A stretch of DNA of 54,222 bases, the filler included, from Bipalium vagum (lineage: Eukaryota), in assembly GCA_037834085.1 (NCBI GenBank). It is 3 parts of 3 records of this genome, joined end to end, with 100 filler letters (N's around TTAATTAATTAA, not from the genome) between each part and the next. Parts side by side here need not be neighbours in the genome. Positions count along the whole stretch, not along the records: positions 38,376 to 54,222 come from JBBMKC010142534.1; 2 more parts are not named here. One strand, given 5' to 3'. The translations under genes and the position numbers were made by a program. Positions 38,584-51,728 of this stretch are shown one piece after another. The notes beneath the pieces are model-generated. The model was not told the DNA's origin, did no database searches, and saw only the letters and a list, made by a program, of their open reading frames with translations. Position 1 is the first letter of the stretch; each line of letters opens with the position of its first letter.

Positions 38584-41500
38584 CTTCGAGGATTTTTATC
38601 GCTTCCAGGAGTCCGAATTTTATGTAATGAGAATTAATAGACTTATTTTTCATTCGAAGAAGTGCCTAGATTTCGAGGGATTATATTTTGATATAAAATT
38701 TTGTTTAACCATATAATATTGATTTTAAAATATTTTCTAAATACCAATCATTATTTTCGTACGAAAACAAAAAAAATCAATAATAAGTAAATACAATACC
38801 AACCAGTCTCAGATCTTTCAATTTGACATCAATGTAATTCTTGTTCATAAGAACGTAATTTGAGGTTGGTCGACTGATTCTCCGTCTCTGTAAAGGCAAT
38901 GGGGCCAACTCACTGTTACATTCACCATTGTCATCGTCTGCGTCTTTTGTTGTTGTTGTGCTCAATTCCAGCTCGGATACATTTGGCTTGAAATTTTGAA
39001 TTTGGGTGGATGACTGGGATCGTTGGGCAATATTTGATGATTCCGGAATCGTGTTTTCTGTGCTATTTACAGTCTACACAGGAACCAAGATGAAATTTGT
39101 GCTAATGTAATAAGTTTAGCAAGATCACCGTACCCGATTGAATACAACGATTTCATGAGTTGAGGATTCCTGGGGAACATTTCTCAATTTTCTGTGATCA
39201 CTCCTTGATCTGAAACCATTAATTTAATGATTTCCTTTCAAATAATATCAGTATTATCAATTCAAATTGCATACGATTATTAGAATTCGAAATTGAATTT
39301 AAAATTTTTAATGAAATCGATAGTTTTAAATAAAATCTAAATAAAAACAATTTTTAGTTTGAGAAACAAGTATTAATGAAAATTGTCCTCATACTTTCAA
39401 TAGATAATCAAAGCGTCAGCCATTGATCAATTGTCTGAATAATTCAATAAATAGGTTAATGGAAATTCTGCATCAATGGAAATTCAATAATCAATTTATT
39501 TGTAACTATTCAAACAAAATCAATATTGAAAATTTATCGATTTGTGAAGCTTTTGCAAATCCCAATGGTAAACATATTGAAAAATATCGAAATGTGTTTG
39601 ATTCGTTTTGATAATGGAAACCGCTATTTTAATCTGAAAATATTTTTTCGCAATTGTTATTTGAACATAGAACTTTAAAAGAATTTCGTTTATGATAGAC
39701 ATGTATTGATAAAATTTAAAAATCGTCAATGAAAATCAATGAAATCAATTATCACAAGTTTAATCTAAAAAGTATGTTGAATTTACAAATATTTCATGAC
39801 TCGATTAGATAATACTGACAACCATCGTAAATTATTGGGAAAAAGAGGACATATCCAATATAAAACTTTCCAAGTATCAATCTTTTATAGAAAAATGATT
39901 TTCAGATTATGAAAGCACTTTCAAAAATATCAATAAAATCAATCGACAATAAACACTAGTCATTAATATCATTGATTAGAGATTTAGCATATTGATAAAA
40001 AAACAGAATATTTCACCTTTCCATTTTTGTACTGGGTCCGTTCTGAAACTTAATAACATGACCGGCGTCTTGCAGTTTTCGTAGAACTGTTGACAGTCCT
40101 TCAGGCTGGGCTAGATAATGTAACAAACGGGGATCAGTAAACTGTGTAGTTTTCGAAATATGGTCAATAAAATATATTTTTCCAGAATCACTCTGCAATG
40201 AATCCCAACCGTTTGGAAGAGGTCCCAAACATGAGAAATTTCCAATTTTACGAATATATTTCGGCACTGATGGATGATACCAGTGTTCGGTATTAGTTAG
40301 AGTGTCAATAAAAGAAACTTTTCCTCCATCAGAAACTATACGTTCTTCAAAAAAAATGGACAAAATTTAATCAAATCATAACTCGAAATTTATTAGTTTC
40401 TATTAATTACAATGCAAAAAATCGTTATATCTAAAAATAGCAGATTTTTTCGTCTTAAGAAAAAAATAATAAATAATGTACACCGATAAATTTTTTTTAA
40501 TCAATATTGTAGATCAAGTTATTAATTATCTCAAATAGAAAAAACTTTACTCTGATTCAGCACTAAAATTTTTTTTCCAGATGGAATCACAAATATGAAT
40601 TAACCAAAGTGATGAGCATCCTTGTCATAAAAAGATCAATTTATTTTATACAAATAATCAAAATTAAGATCGCAAGTAAAATAATAAAGACATGCGCATA
40701 ACATTGATATTTCCATACCATGATAATAATTTTTATTTATTTATTATTATTGAAAAATTGAATGCTAAATAATAGGATATTATATGGCTGGTGAAATAAG
40801 AAACATTCGAAAATTTCTCCCAACTATCTGTTCATTCATAATCGCTTAACAATTAATAATTAAAAAATTTTAAAACAGAAAAATGATAAAAATCACAATT
40901 AATTTTTAATAAATCGATAAAAGTCGAATAAAATGAATTTGAAATTGTAATGGTATACATGTCTTTTACAATCGAATCAAAACATTTCTGTAAATCACAA
41001 TTTGTTCAAAGAGAATCTATGAGTGATAATTACAACACTAAACAAAGCTTCACTGTCAATAATTAATATAACCTCTATTAATTGTTTAAAGTGATTTACT
41101 GTGAAGAATCTGTTTTTAATATAACTGGTTTTTATTAAACATTATTGTAGCTGGTAACCAATCATTAAAATATCGGCAAATTTTTCAAAAAATCTAGGCA
41201 GAAAATATCGATACCAAAATAAGACATTATCCAATCTCAAAGAGCTAATCTGGTGTACACAACGAAACTTCAATAACAAACATCTCCGTTGCGTGAAAAA
41301 ACAACGATTTCATTCAACTTTAACAATGACAACGACCCCGACAAGCGTAGTCTGTCAACTGCTCATATCTCGAGGCTTGTATCAGTTGATCAATTAAAAT
41401 CAAAGTTAATAAGAGATAAATTTAATTTTCGCTCTCACCATAATTAACCGGCAGTGGTAAGCTATCGAGTGGCTTGTGGGATGGACCGGGCCGTCCTTGG

Positions 41501-42315
41501 CACTGGTCTGTGGAAATCGACCGGTCCCTGTAACATTTTGAAGGCGCCTCTTCATAGTTCTGTAAAATTAAGCAACAATTGAGTCAATAGATATTTAAAT
41601 TATGATTGTACTGAAGATCTTCTGGAATAGCGAAAGTTGTCTGCTTGACATATCTGAGGAATGCTGCACACATTGATAATTAATACATATTTCCAACTTA
41701 CAAATTACTTGCCTGTTGTGGGAAGAGATCATTTGATAGTCTAATATGACCATTTCTATCTTTATGCATCCCTTGACAGATTTTTTCTGATAGCTACTGT
41801 TTCTAGACAATTTCAATGTACATTCTGAAATCAAACATTTAATGATAATCGATCAATGCTGACTACATTAACCTTTGGAATCAATTAATTCCGGACTGAG
41901 AATTACACTTCCCAAAAAAGCATAAGACTTGTTTTTATCATATAATCTTTTATTCCAAATAATAATTTCTAATCTATCTTTTAATGACTGAAGCTTACTG
42001 AAATTGTAGAAAATAACTTTCAAGTAATAAGAAATTAAAAATTTTACAATGTAAACGATTTATTCCATACAGGATTAATGCTCCGTTTATAGATATTCGT
42101 TTCACAAGTCTGATTGTTAAATAAAACTTGAGCAAATGGGTCTGGGTTTTCTAATTAATTTCTAGTAAAATAATCAAATTATAAATAAAATAAAATACTT
42201 AATATGGATCGCTTAATTAATTGATGAGCTGAAATAACTTAAATAGAAAAAATTATTAAAAATTAAATTTTTCAGGAAAATTACTTTTAAGACTAACAGT
42301 TATATTATCTGTCAT
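38584..42315 (-). CDS. smurf: Smurf-type NEDD4-family E3 ubiquitin ligase, 5' part (C2 + 2 WW, about 446 codons, HECT exons not found). Exons: 42315-42285, 42237-42199, 42150-42048, 41997-41873, 41824-41713, 41663-41612, 41559-41439, 40344-40017, 39209-39134, 39073-38804, 38665-38584
   Basis: Hand-spliced and frame-consistent across 11 exons. C2 domain: ISAHQLIKRSILKNPDPFAQV...NPVWN...IIIWNKR...FLGSV...VKGCI. WW1: PLPVNYEER...HWYHPSVP, with the first Trp replaced by Tyr as in Smurf. WW2: LGPLPNGW...GKIYFIDHISKTTQFTDPRL. Pre-HECT segment VKLKDLRL. Most introns are 47-60 nt. Confidence 0.85.
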
Positions 42316-43179
42316 AATTGATCAAGAAAGAACTTTTACTTCTTAAATCATAATTTTAATATAATTTAAAATTAACCACAACAAAAACTAAAACAATTAG
42401 ACAAATTAAACAAAATATCTAATTGAAAATAAAAATAAAAAAGGTTAATTTTCCAGTATTTTAAAATTAAAGTTAAATAAATTTAATTAAAAATTAAATT
42501 AATACTACCTAAAAATTTTATTTTGTAATTAGATGTTTAAAAAATAATTTAAATCTTTATATAAAATGGTTAAGATTGGGTTATAGTTGCAATTATACGT
42601 TCAGAACTAGAAAAACTGAACATATAAATATCAATAATGTATTTAAGTGATTAATTCAAAGTATTTTCTAAGGTCGAACATAAGAGCTTAAAAATGAAAT
42701 AAAATGAATGATTGCAAAGTTGTAGAAGGAAATGTTTCTTCGCAAATGGATGAGTATTCAAAGATTTAAAGAACAATGAAATATAAATGAAGAACTTTAA
42801 TGTAGTATAAAAGGCAGTAACCAGATGAATAATAATAGAATAGTCTTGAAACTAACCCACATGCGGTTGAAAAGTGATCAAAATCTTCTGGTGATCAGTA
42901 AGGGAGCACGCAAATCCCAATTAAACTCTGACTTTAGGTAGCCAAAGACTGATGAGAAAGACGCTCTGAAGATTTTGATCAGTTATTAATTACGTTGAAA
43001 TCACTTGATCAATATCATCATCAAATGGGGTCGTATTTCTAAAAAATATGAAAAATGCAAAATAATATAGTAATAAAACATTGAAAGCATTTAAAAATCT
43101 AAAAAGTTGAAACTTGAATAATTTTGATAAACAATAATATATTTAATTATTTAATAGTGAAAGTAAAGAAAATATGTGC

Positions 43180-43440
43180 TTTAAGATTGCATGTTCAGGA
43201 CCAAAACATCTTCGGACAATATCCATAAGAAGCCGGCTTTCCCTTGCATTTTTTGATTTTCGCCACCAGATGGGTTTGAGGATTCACACTTATTATCCCA
43301 CATTTCGTTCATGGCTTCAAAAGAAATCGACTGTACCTAACATTGTGGTCGATGTTAATTTTGTCCGTTTGAATCGTCCGGGTTTACATACAGTTCAATC
43401 ATTATGGTATATTTTACAAATTAATCAGTCAATTTTTTTA
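43180..43440 (-). mobile_element. Possible RTE-like LINE 3' remnant
   Basis: Minus-strand fragments (DKINIDHNVRYSRFL, LVAKIKKCK...YG) weakly resemble the RTE ORF C-terminus. Confidence 0.25.
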
Positions 43441-46379
43441 ACTTAACAGAGTCCTTTCCTTCTTATACTACTCCACACAGGCTGTTTAAGGCGTTAATTT
43501 AATATATCATGATACAAATAAATTTTATTTAAAATTAATGCATAAAAATCGTTACTTTAAGTTACTTTCATTAAGGTGCCAGATGATGTTACACTCTTCA
43601 AATATAGAAATATTTATACAAATTTTAATAATACTGAGTTAACTTAACTACATCACGATTCTCACAAAAAGTGTAACCATTTAATTAAAATTTACATCAT
43701 TATTTAATCATTCGTTTATTCTTAATCTGCATTATTTAAGAAAATTTGTTGATCTAATATCATATTTGTCTAAAATTGGATAGGTCATAGGAAACATAAA
43801 CCTTGTTGTCAAGCTTGCCTTCATCTTATTTTCCTGTTTGAGCTTAACCTCCAAAACCCAAACCCACAGTTGAATTTTTTACGTTCTCTGAAAAATTTGA
43901 AGAAATTGATCAATCTTTTTTTATTTTTCACAATATTTTCATTTAATAATTTTCATGATGATATGGATTTTGTGATTTTTTAGTATTCTTGAGGATTCCG
44001 GTTCTAAAATGTTAAATGTAACTGAAAATATTATCGAAGGTTACATTATATTCTTCAATAAAAAACTTTTCTGAAGGTTTTCCATCTTTCCATGAAATAA
44101 TTTCTTTGATTATTATACCATTCAAAAATATGATAATCATTGATTTTTCCAAAATTTGAAATTATATATATTATTTATTTATTCTTTAGATAAATGCGGA
44201 AATATTTTAACGGTTCCCGTCTTTTGAAACTTATAAAACTGTAGTCTCAGTTTTATCTAACGGAATAAATTTTTGAAGATACCTTAGAAATAGCAGATGA
44301 TAATTGAAAACAATGGTTAATATCTAATTAAAATTGGGCCAAGCATTATGCACTAAGTCAATAACTGATTTATTAAATCATCAAATAAATTTTTTTTAAT
44401 AGTAAAATTAAGCAAATCTTTAATTATTATGTCGTATCAAAAATGATTCGATTTGTTGATAACTTCACAAGATGCCCTTCTTTTCACGACGAATTCAACT
44501 ACGAAGATGAGGAAAAAGGTCTAGGATGAAGAATCGATTTTATTTTATATCAATTTTTAAAAGTTTTTATTAAATAAAACTTAGCCTGTTTTTTCCAGAA
44601 AATATATTAAGATTAATGCGACAATCCAATAAATCATGTCAAAGTTTATCAATGTCTGCTAACTAAGTAAATTTAACCAACTGAAAAATGCCAGAATTAA
44701 GCAGCAGACCTATTTCTTCAATTCTTCATATCCAAAGATCCAATCAAACCTAATATTTTAATAATCTTTATCAGTTCATTTTACTGGTTTTCGGCTTCGT
44801 CTTTCGTTGAATTAGCAAGGGTCTAAGGCCTCGATTCGGTCAAAAAGGGTATAAAAATAATATTTTAATAATAAATTTTATAAAGTACAGCATTTAATTA
44901 AGCGATAATAAATAATATTTAACTGTCCTCAAGTCAAGAGCTTAGAATTATGTGTTATTTCAAACTAAGTGACAGAAGTTATTTTGATTTACGTATTTAT
45001 CGTAATTAAATTGTAAAAGTATCGAAACTGAATTTTATATTTAATATTAAGTTTATCAATAATTTAATTGAATACTGGGTGTTGGTGACCAGTTTCAGCT
45101 TACCAACTGATGGGAAACTGCAACGTGTCCGGTGGGAATCGTTTGAGGAACCCAATAGAAATCTAAAGTTGGTAGGGTCATTTTACTGTGCTTCGTAATT
45201 TTAATAATAAAATTTTTTTAATATTCTCCATTGAGTAAAGACTTCGAATTGTTTTACCGATAATTAAGATGGAATCAGTCACATTTGTTAGACGGCATTT
45301 AGAACACTCGAAATGGAAAGATACCTACAACGAGGTCCATATTTTTTTGAAAAATATTTGCAAAAGTCAGAGACTGGGAGTGTTTTGACAAAATTCATCG
45401 ATGGATCCTGTCCAGCTCAATTGTCTTTACGTATATTGATTCGGGCCATTCAGACGACCCAGGAACCCATCACCATAGATTGGTCAATGTCTTTTTTCCC
45501 ATGTTAATTACCATTTTACCTCATTAACTAACCATTATTTAATCAAAATGAATTATTTAGGAATAATCTATTTTGACAATTCTTTGGATATTTGCTTGAT
45601 GTGTGTTTTGGGAAATTCATTGATAATTTAATTGATTAGAATATTTTGCCTTTTACGATTCGACCATTATTTATTTATCCAGAACATTTAGATTATTGTG
45701 TATTTTTGTCATTATTATTTAATGATTATTAATCGATAATTGATTTTTACTTTGACCATTTGTGATCAACTTTAACTTAGTGTTTTATATACTTGAAAAT
45801 TAGTGTTAATGATTTGTGATTCTCCAATGCGGTGATCGTAGCATTGTGTGATAGAATAATAAAGTTTATTATGATTATTATGATTCATTCTTAAAGGAGT
45901 ACGTTACCAAAAAGTGTCAGAAGGTCAGTAAATTGTGAGCTCAAGGTTGTATGTAAAATTAACAAGTTTAGTTATATTTCTCAAAACAGAGATCCTTGAT
46001 ATTTCTTTCTGATTTTGAAGAAAATTTGTACTTGGTTTCGTTGCCTTAATCGAATTGTCAACCTTTTTCTCTTTTCTCTGAATCTTTTCCAGTTCTTTAT
46101 TGAAGTCCTTTCATTTATTTTAGCTTTATTGGCGTTCTACTTTCCGTCTCAATCTTATTTTTTCAATTTTCAATTTAGATTTTCATTTTTCTTCACATAT
46201 TTTTCTGCAGGTTCCTTTTATGACCTGATCTCCTCTTTGTTTCTGACTTAACTGAAATAAAAGAATAACATAGGGTGAATCTCGGTCACTTTATATTCTT
46301 ACTCTAACTAAATCTCGGAATGGAAATTTATAAATTTACTTTGATCATTTATTGAAGTTTGAGAAAAATATCCGACGAA

Positions 46380-46700
46380 TTGAGTTCCTTGAACTTTGAC
46401 AATCAATTAAATTCAGACGTGAAACAATAGTAAAGTGAGATAAACATAGAGGATAGAAACGTTCTAAGATCAAATTAAGGTTTTGAATTTCAAGTTTTCA
46501 ATATGTTCTGTATAGAAATAAGTCTAACTTGGGGATATAAATCAATAATTTGACCACAGACATATCCATTTCTGAATACAAAATAAACGCAGTCAAAGTT
46601 CTTGAACGACCCACTGAATTTCAGCAAGACTTATAGTATTCCTCTGCCATTTTATCATATCAATTTCAAGGTACAAAACTGACCTCCAATAATCAATTGA
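46380..46700 (+). mobile_element. Ty3/gypsy RT-connection remnant
   Basis: Broken frames give LGI/LGD followed by KINAVKVLERP, resembling 'LG..I...KI.AV...P'. Confidence 0.4.
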
Positions 46701-47789
46701 AAGTAACGAAACCACATCATCGGTGTATCAAATGTCAAAGCCAGGCTCCACAAGACTTAGCAAGAGCTAGATCGGCTAGCTCGAAGTAAAGATTTGGAAT
46801 AGAGACAGAAATCAAAATGAGCTTTGAACTGTCATTTGGTCATGAAAAAAGTAATTGCTTCAATGACGGGTCTGATTCAGTTCAGCGGTAAACAGTTTCA
46901 GATCAGCAACGGCTTAAGAAAAATATCGTTAATTTTTTATGAAAATTAAAAAATTTGAAATGTTTATTTTTAAAATTAATAAATAAAAAAAGATCACCAA
47001 TCCAGGTCAAAGTGAACGCTCGTCTGTTTCATTCGATGTTTCATCATCAATCAGACTATAGGACTTGGATGTTTGGCTAATTGAAAGAAGTGGTTCTTCG
47101 TTTTCCCCTCCAGAAAGATTAACATTGGGAATTGTTTGATTGATAATGTTTACCTAACAACTTTTTCATGGTTATAAGAGTCGGCATATCAAAGTCTGTT
47201 TGCGATCCATCAAAATGCTTAACACCTTTATAATCAAAATCAGGTTTTTTTTCATCAGATAAAATTCCTGATATTTTTCCCATTGAGTGAGTCTTTTCCA
47301 AACGATTTAGCAGTTCTTATTTTGATGAAAGGAGTCTGTGAATTCATTGTATGGAAAATAAAAATAAAAATATAATTAAAATGCGATTTTTCATTTGGGC
47401 TGCGATACGCGGGAATTATATAAATTACACAATCAATAATAATATTTTATTTATACCTTTTAAAAAAATTTTATCGTTATTTTTAATCAATTTTTATCAC
47501 GTTTTTACTTGATATAAATAATGTTACTATCGATTTATAATGAAATATTAATAAATTTTGATTTTATTGTTTTAATCATTAACAAATGGGAATCACATTT
47601 ACACTTTTAATCTTGATAAAATTTTTGAAATAAGAATTTTTTGGTAATGGTTTAATTAAAATTAAAAGTAACGAGTTTAACAAAAATTTTGAGAAAAATA
47701 ATGAAGCCCTAAATAACCATATGGCATATAAATTAATAAAAAATGTTTTTATTAAGAAATACAGAAAATAAAGTTAACATAACATTTAT

Positions 47790-48780
47790 CATAAAACAGA
47801 AATGGGATCACTGTCTTCCATTTTTCTCAAAATTGGTTTTAGATTTGCCATCATGCTTTAGAAGATGCTTATGTTAAACTTTTTTATTTTTCTTGCAATT
47901 CTAAACTACAAAGACCTTGTGTTTTTAGCTTTCCATCAATTTTATATACTTCTTTACTCAACAAGGCCCAAAATATTTCTATTGACCGGAACTGTGGAAC
48001 ATTAAAAAGATTTTCATTTTTTTGTACGAAATGCAAATTCTTTGATTTCAACCAATTGGTCACTGTTTTTGAGTAATGAAATGATGCTAGGTTCGGCCAA
48101 AAGACAAATTCATCATTATAATGATATTTCCTTATGAAGGAAGTTAATTTTTGGAGAAACTTATTCTTATAAATATTAGCATTTAATGCTTCACCTCTTA
48201 CTATTAGGAAGAAAGAAGTTGAAATACCTTTCTCTGGTATGGCACACTAAACTAACTTTTTTTGAAAATTTCGTTTAAGGAGCAAAACGGAGAAGAGGCA
48301 GACTGATACTTTTATTACTGCTACCACAATTTCCATTAGCTGTGCTATTTGAAAATGTAAAATATTTCTCCTTTCCACTGGTGAAATGCTTCAGTCGTAT
48401 TGCTCGACATCTTGGTGTTTTTTCAATTTTGGCATCAGTATATTTTGATTTTCCCGATATTTTAGACCTTTTTTCTTCATTTTTCGATTAATTGTCATAT
48501 CTGAAATTCTAAATTTCTTGGTTAATGTGCTTATAGACACGCCAACTTTTTTTTGACAATTTGTGCCAGAATTCTGTTTTGATGGGTCCAAAGTATAATG
48601 TCTTCCACTTCTCTTCTTTCTTTCGACTGGGATATTATTTTTGCAATCATGAATTGCGCTATAAAAACTTGCGGTTTTTTTGTTCTTATATATCTCAGTA
48701 ATTTTGGTGTTTCAGCATGCTTCCAACCAATTGATATATTTTCTTAATTTTAATTTTGAAGTCATTCCAAATAATGAGTG
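47790..48780 (-). mobile_element. Decayed DD37E-type (ITmD37E-like) transposase
   Basis: FVFWPNLASFHY...NVPQFRSIEIFWALL has 37 residues between the second catalytic position (D mutated to N) and E. An upstream HTH remnant carries RKKRSGR. Confidence 0.8.
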
Positions 48781-49019
48781 AAGCGGATTTATAATTTATT
48801 CATCTATTAATAAAATAGTCAATATTGATTTATTTAAACAAATACCGATATATTAAAACATGTCCGAAAATTTTTAAAATAAGCTCACATTTTTCTCAAT
48901 ATTTTTGATACTTACGTTACTTTGTAAAATTTAGGTTATTTTTAAAATAACTTCTAAATTAGGTTACTTTTGAAAATTATTATAAAACAAAATAAGAATA
49001 AATCTTTCAAATCAATGTT

Positions 49020-49440
49020 TTTATGAGCAACTTCACATTTTCTTCTAACGAATTATGTTTAAATCGATTTCTTAATTCCACATTCATCAACGTGGTCATT
49101 TAAATAATTATTATCGCTTTTATATTTTATTTTTTAGACTATTTCAGGAGTATCCATAAATTTTCAATCAGATTTGTATTAACCACTGTTTTTGGATTAA
49201 CTAAGTTCTTTGAATGATTAACTGAAAAATGAGTAACCGAGCCGTGGTCATCTAATTTCTCTTGAACTTGTTTCATACAGATTCCACAAATGTTCCCTAT
49301 TTTCTGAAACCATTTTATTGCAGCTGATTTAGATATTTTTAGTCCTTCAACAATGGTTTTCATCAACTTTTTTTCAAAAATGCAATTACTAATTTCATAA
49401 ACGTTTCAAGTGTTATCGAGCATCAGATAGAATACTTTTA
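49020..49440 (-). mobile_element. Merlin/IS1595 (ISXO2-like) transposase remnant
   Basis: HFSVNHSKNLVNPKTVVNTNLIENLWILLK matches the Merlin/ISXO2 motif H..VNHS..FV.P..G.HTN.IE..W...K. Confidence 0.75.
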
Positions 49441-49689
49441 TGCCTAAATTCAGAAAAAATATCACACAAATTAATACCTTAGTTTTTATTTTCTTACAAA
49501 TTATTTTATTTTATTTATTATTTATTTTTATTTTATTATTATTTTATTTTCTTTCTCTGTGCATATCAATAACCTTTATGCTTTACTTTCATATCACACA
49601 TTTTAATATTATATTAATATTAATTTTTTTAAAAAATTAATTCCAAAAAGTTGCATTTTGCGAGAATTTACTGTATATGATTCAAAAGA

Positions 49690-50342
49690 CAACTTAGTTT
49701 TCACACCGTTATTCCTTTCATTACCAATATATACTTATTATATATATAAACTTACTATCGTCTGACCATATTATCTTGTTGACCAAGGAAGAGTCATTTT
49801 GGAATTGTTCCAACATTATCTGACAAAATTCCATTCTTCGGTCAAAGTTGTCTCAATTACGTTTGACAGGTTTAATGAATAAAAGCCTGCTTCATTAATT
49901 GCCTTGTAATAACTGTCAAATGTCATGTCAAATTCTCTAGCACCCTGCCGAACTGACAAATGGCTAGATTCTTCAACCAAATTTTTAACTCTTTGAATTG
50001 TTTTCGTTGTTAATACGGGACGAGGTCGGCTTGATTTTAGTTGGTCATGAACACTTCCAGTCTTAAACTTTTCCACTATTTTTTTACTTGTTTGCCTACT
50101 TGGTGGTGGAGTGATAAACTTCTTTTTCCAATGCCTAATTACTTCTTCAAAATTTTCAAATTTGGAATTCCATACAATAATTTGAATTCTTTCTTCCATC
50201 GAAAAATGCAAAGCCATTTTATTTTAAAATTAACTAAATGGATTATTAAACTTTTAATCCATATAAACAAATTAGTAATACCTTTATTTTTTAATTTGTA
50301 ATTTAAAAATAAAGTATGCTAACATACATAATAAACACCCTG
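49690..50342 (-). mobile_element. 5' half of a DD41D/rosa-like Tc1/mariner element
   Basis: TA-CAGGGTGTTTAT TIR at 50342. ORF 50217-49816 has an N-terminal HTH (PPSRQT..KIVEKFKTGSV...SRPR), followed by frameshifted KIIWSDD. Confidence 0.8.
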
Positions 50343-51676
50343 TATTCCTCTATAATTACAAATCGATTAGATAAAATTTTGTCAATCAAAGTATTCATAT
50401 TTACGTATTTTCTCTTAACATTTTTGCAATAATTTTTAGAATAAATTTTAAAAGGTAAGCTAATTATTAAAAATTAATTTTAATTAACCGAATTTTTTCC
50501 CCTATTTTCTGTGTTATGAATTTATTTCGAAATAATTATAATTATTTTATTTAAAATAGTGAAATATATAAATATTGAATTTATCTTCTATTTGTAAATA
50601 TCGATCACCACGTTAGTAGAGAACTCATAAAGAAATGGTATTTGATGAAAGAAAAGCCGAAGACTCCATTTATATTTCATTATTAATAATATTAGTTTTT
50701 GATGAAATGTAATAAACATAGAACTGAAATGATAATTATTTTAAAATTTTATTTTATTTGTACATAACGTGGTAGTATTATAATAATAATAATAAAAATA
50801 AAAATAATAAATTATAATTAATTTAAATCTGTAATTAATTAAAAATATATTTATGTTATTAAAATTTTAAGCCGATTATTTTATTTAATTAGTCATAATT
50901 ATTTATTTAATTATTATTAATAATAATCCAAAGTGATAATAAAACGGAGCTCAGCATTTTAATCTATCAATCAATGAAATCAGAATATTTTTACCCAAGC
51001 CTTCGTCCACTGATAAAATATTATCTGCGATTCCGTCACTGGTATCCTAAATATGCAGTTTGATAATTCACTTCACACAGACGACAAAATGGAAAATTTT
51101 TATTATTTATATTTAGAAAAATTTATAAATTATTTATTAATAATAAAATTGCTCTTACAGGCAGACTTGTATAAAGTTTGTTTAGTACAGGTTTCTTTAA
51201 AAATAACAGTAAACTTCTCAGCAGCAAATATTACAATAATTAATGGAGCTAGATTAAATTATAATATATCTTTTAGGTAGAAAATAAAGAATTTTATTTA
51301 AACAAATTAATCAATAAATGATAATTAAAACAAAAATCCAATTTAATACATTTTAAAAATAAAATCGATTTGCTGAATGTCAAATTGATTCATAATTTCA
51401 GCAAATTCAATCACATCAAAATATGGTTGAGGACTGTTTAGGATTTTCATTAAGATAACAAAACACTTGATATCATCGATTTTTGGAAGTCATGTCAGTA
51501 TTCGATATGGACAAATTTCCCCTTGATTTCTTATAGAAAAATAATTTGTTTATAAACGACCACCAGAACTGTCAGTTCCGATAAATTTGATAGATAAATC
51601 CAACTGAAAACATTACTCAATTGCAACAAATCGGAAAAGCCAAAAAATATTTTTTGATCCGATTCAAAATAAAGAT

Positions 51677-51728
51677 CACCACCATCACCATCACCACCAC
51701 CGCACAACCTCTACCACCATCACCACCC
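51677..51728 (+). repeat. Imperfect (CAC/CAT)n microsatellite
   Basis: CACCACCATCACCATCACCACCACC...ACCACCATCACCACC. Confidence 0.7.

Noticed and set aside
40013-40363. Tandem WW ORF as Yorkie/YAP or Salvador
   Set aside because: Upstream exons encode a C2 domain, and the WW sequences (LP.NYE, TTQFTDPRL) are Smurf-type.
41447-41530. GC-rich island with miR-34-like (GGCAGTG) and miR-96/182-like (CTTGGCACTGG) words and a GGACCGG/CCGGTCC stem
   Set aside because: Fully explained as the antisense of smurf coding exon 41559-41439. There is no pre-miRNA-like hairpin.
42948-42972. Hammerhead ribozyme core (CTGATGAG...)
   Set aside because: The putative stem II is followed by TGAAG, not GAAA, and no stems I/III with an NUH site were found. 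Other plus-strand CTGATGA hits (about 5180, 27608, 31701, 34153) also lack the core.
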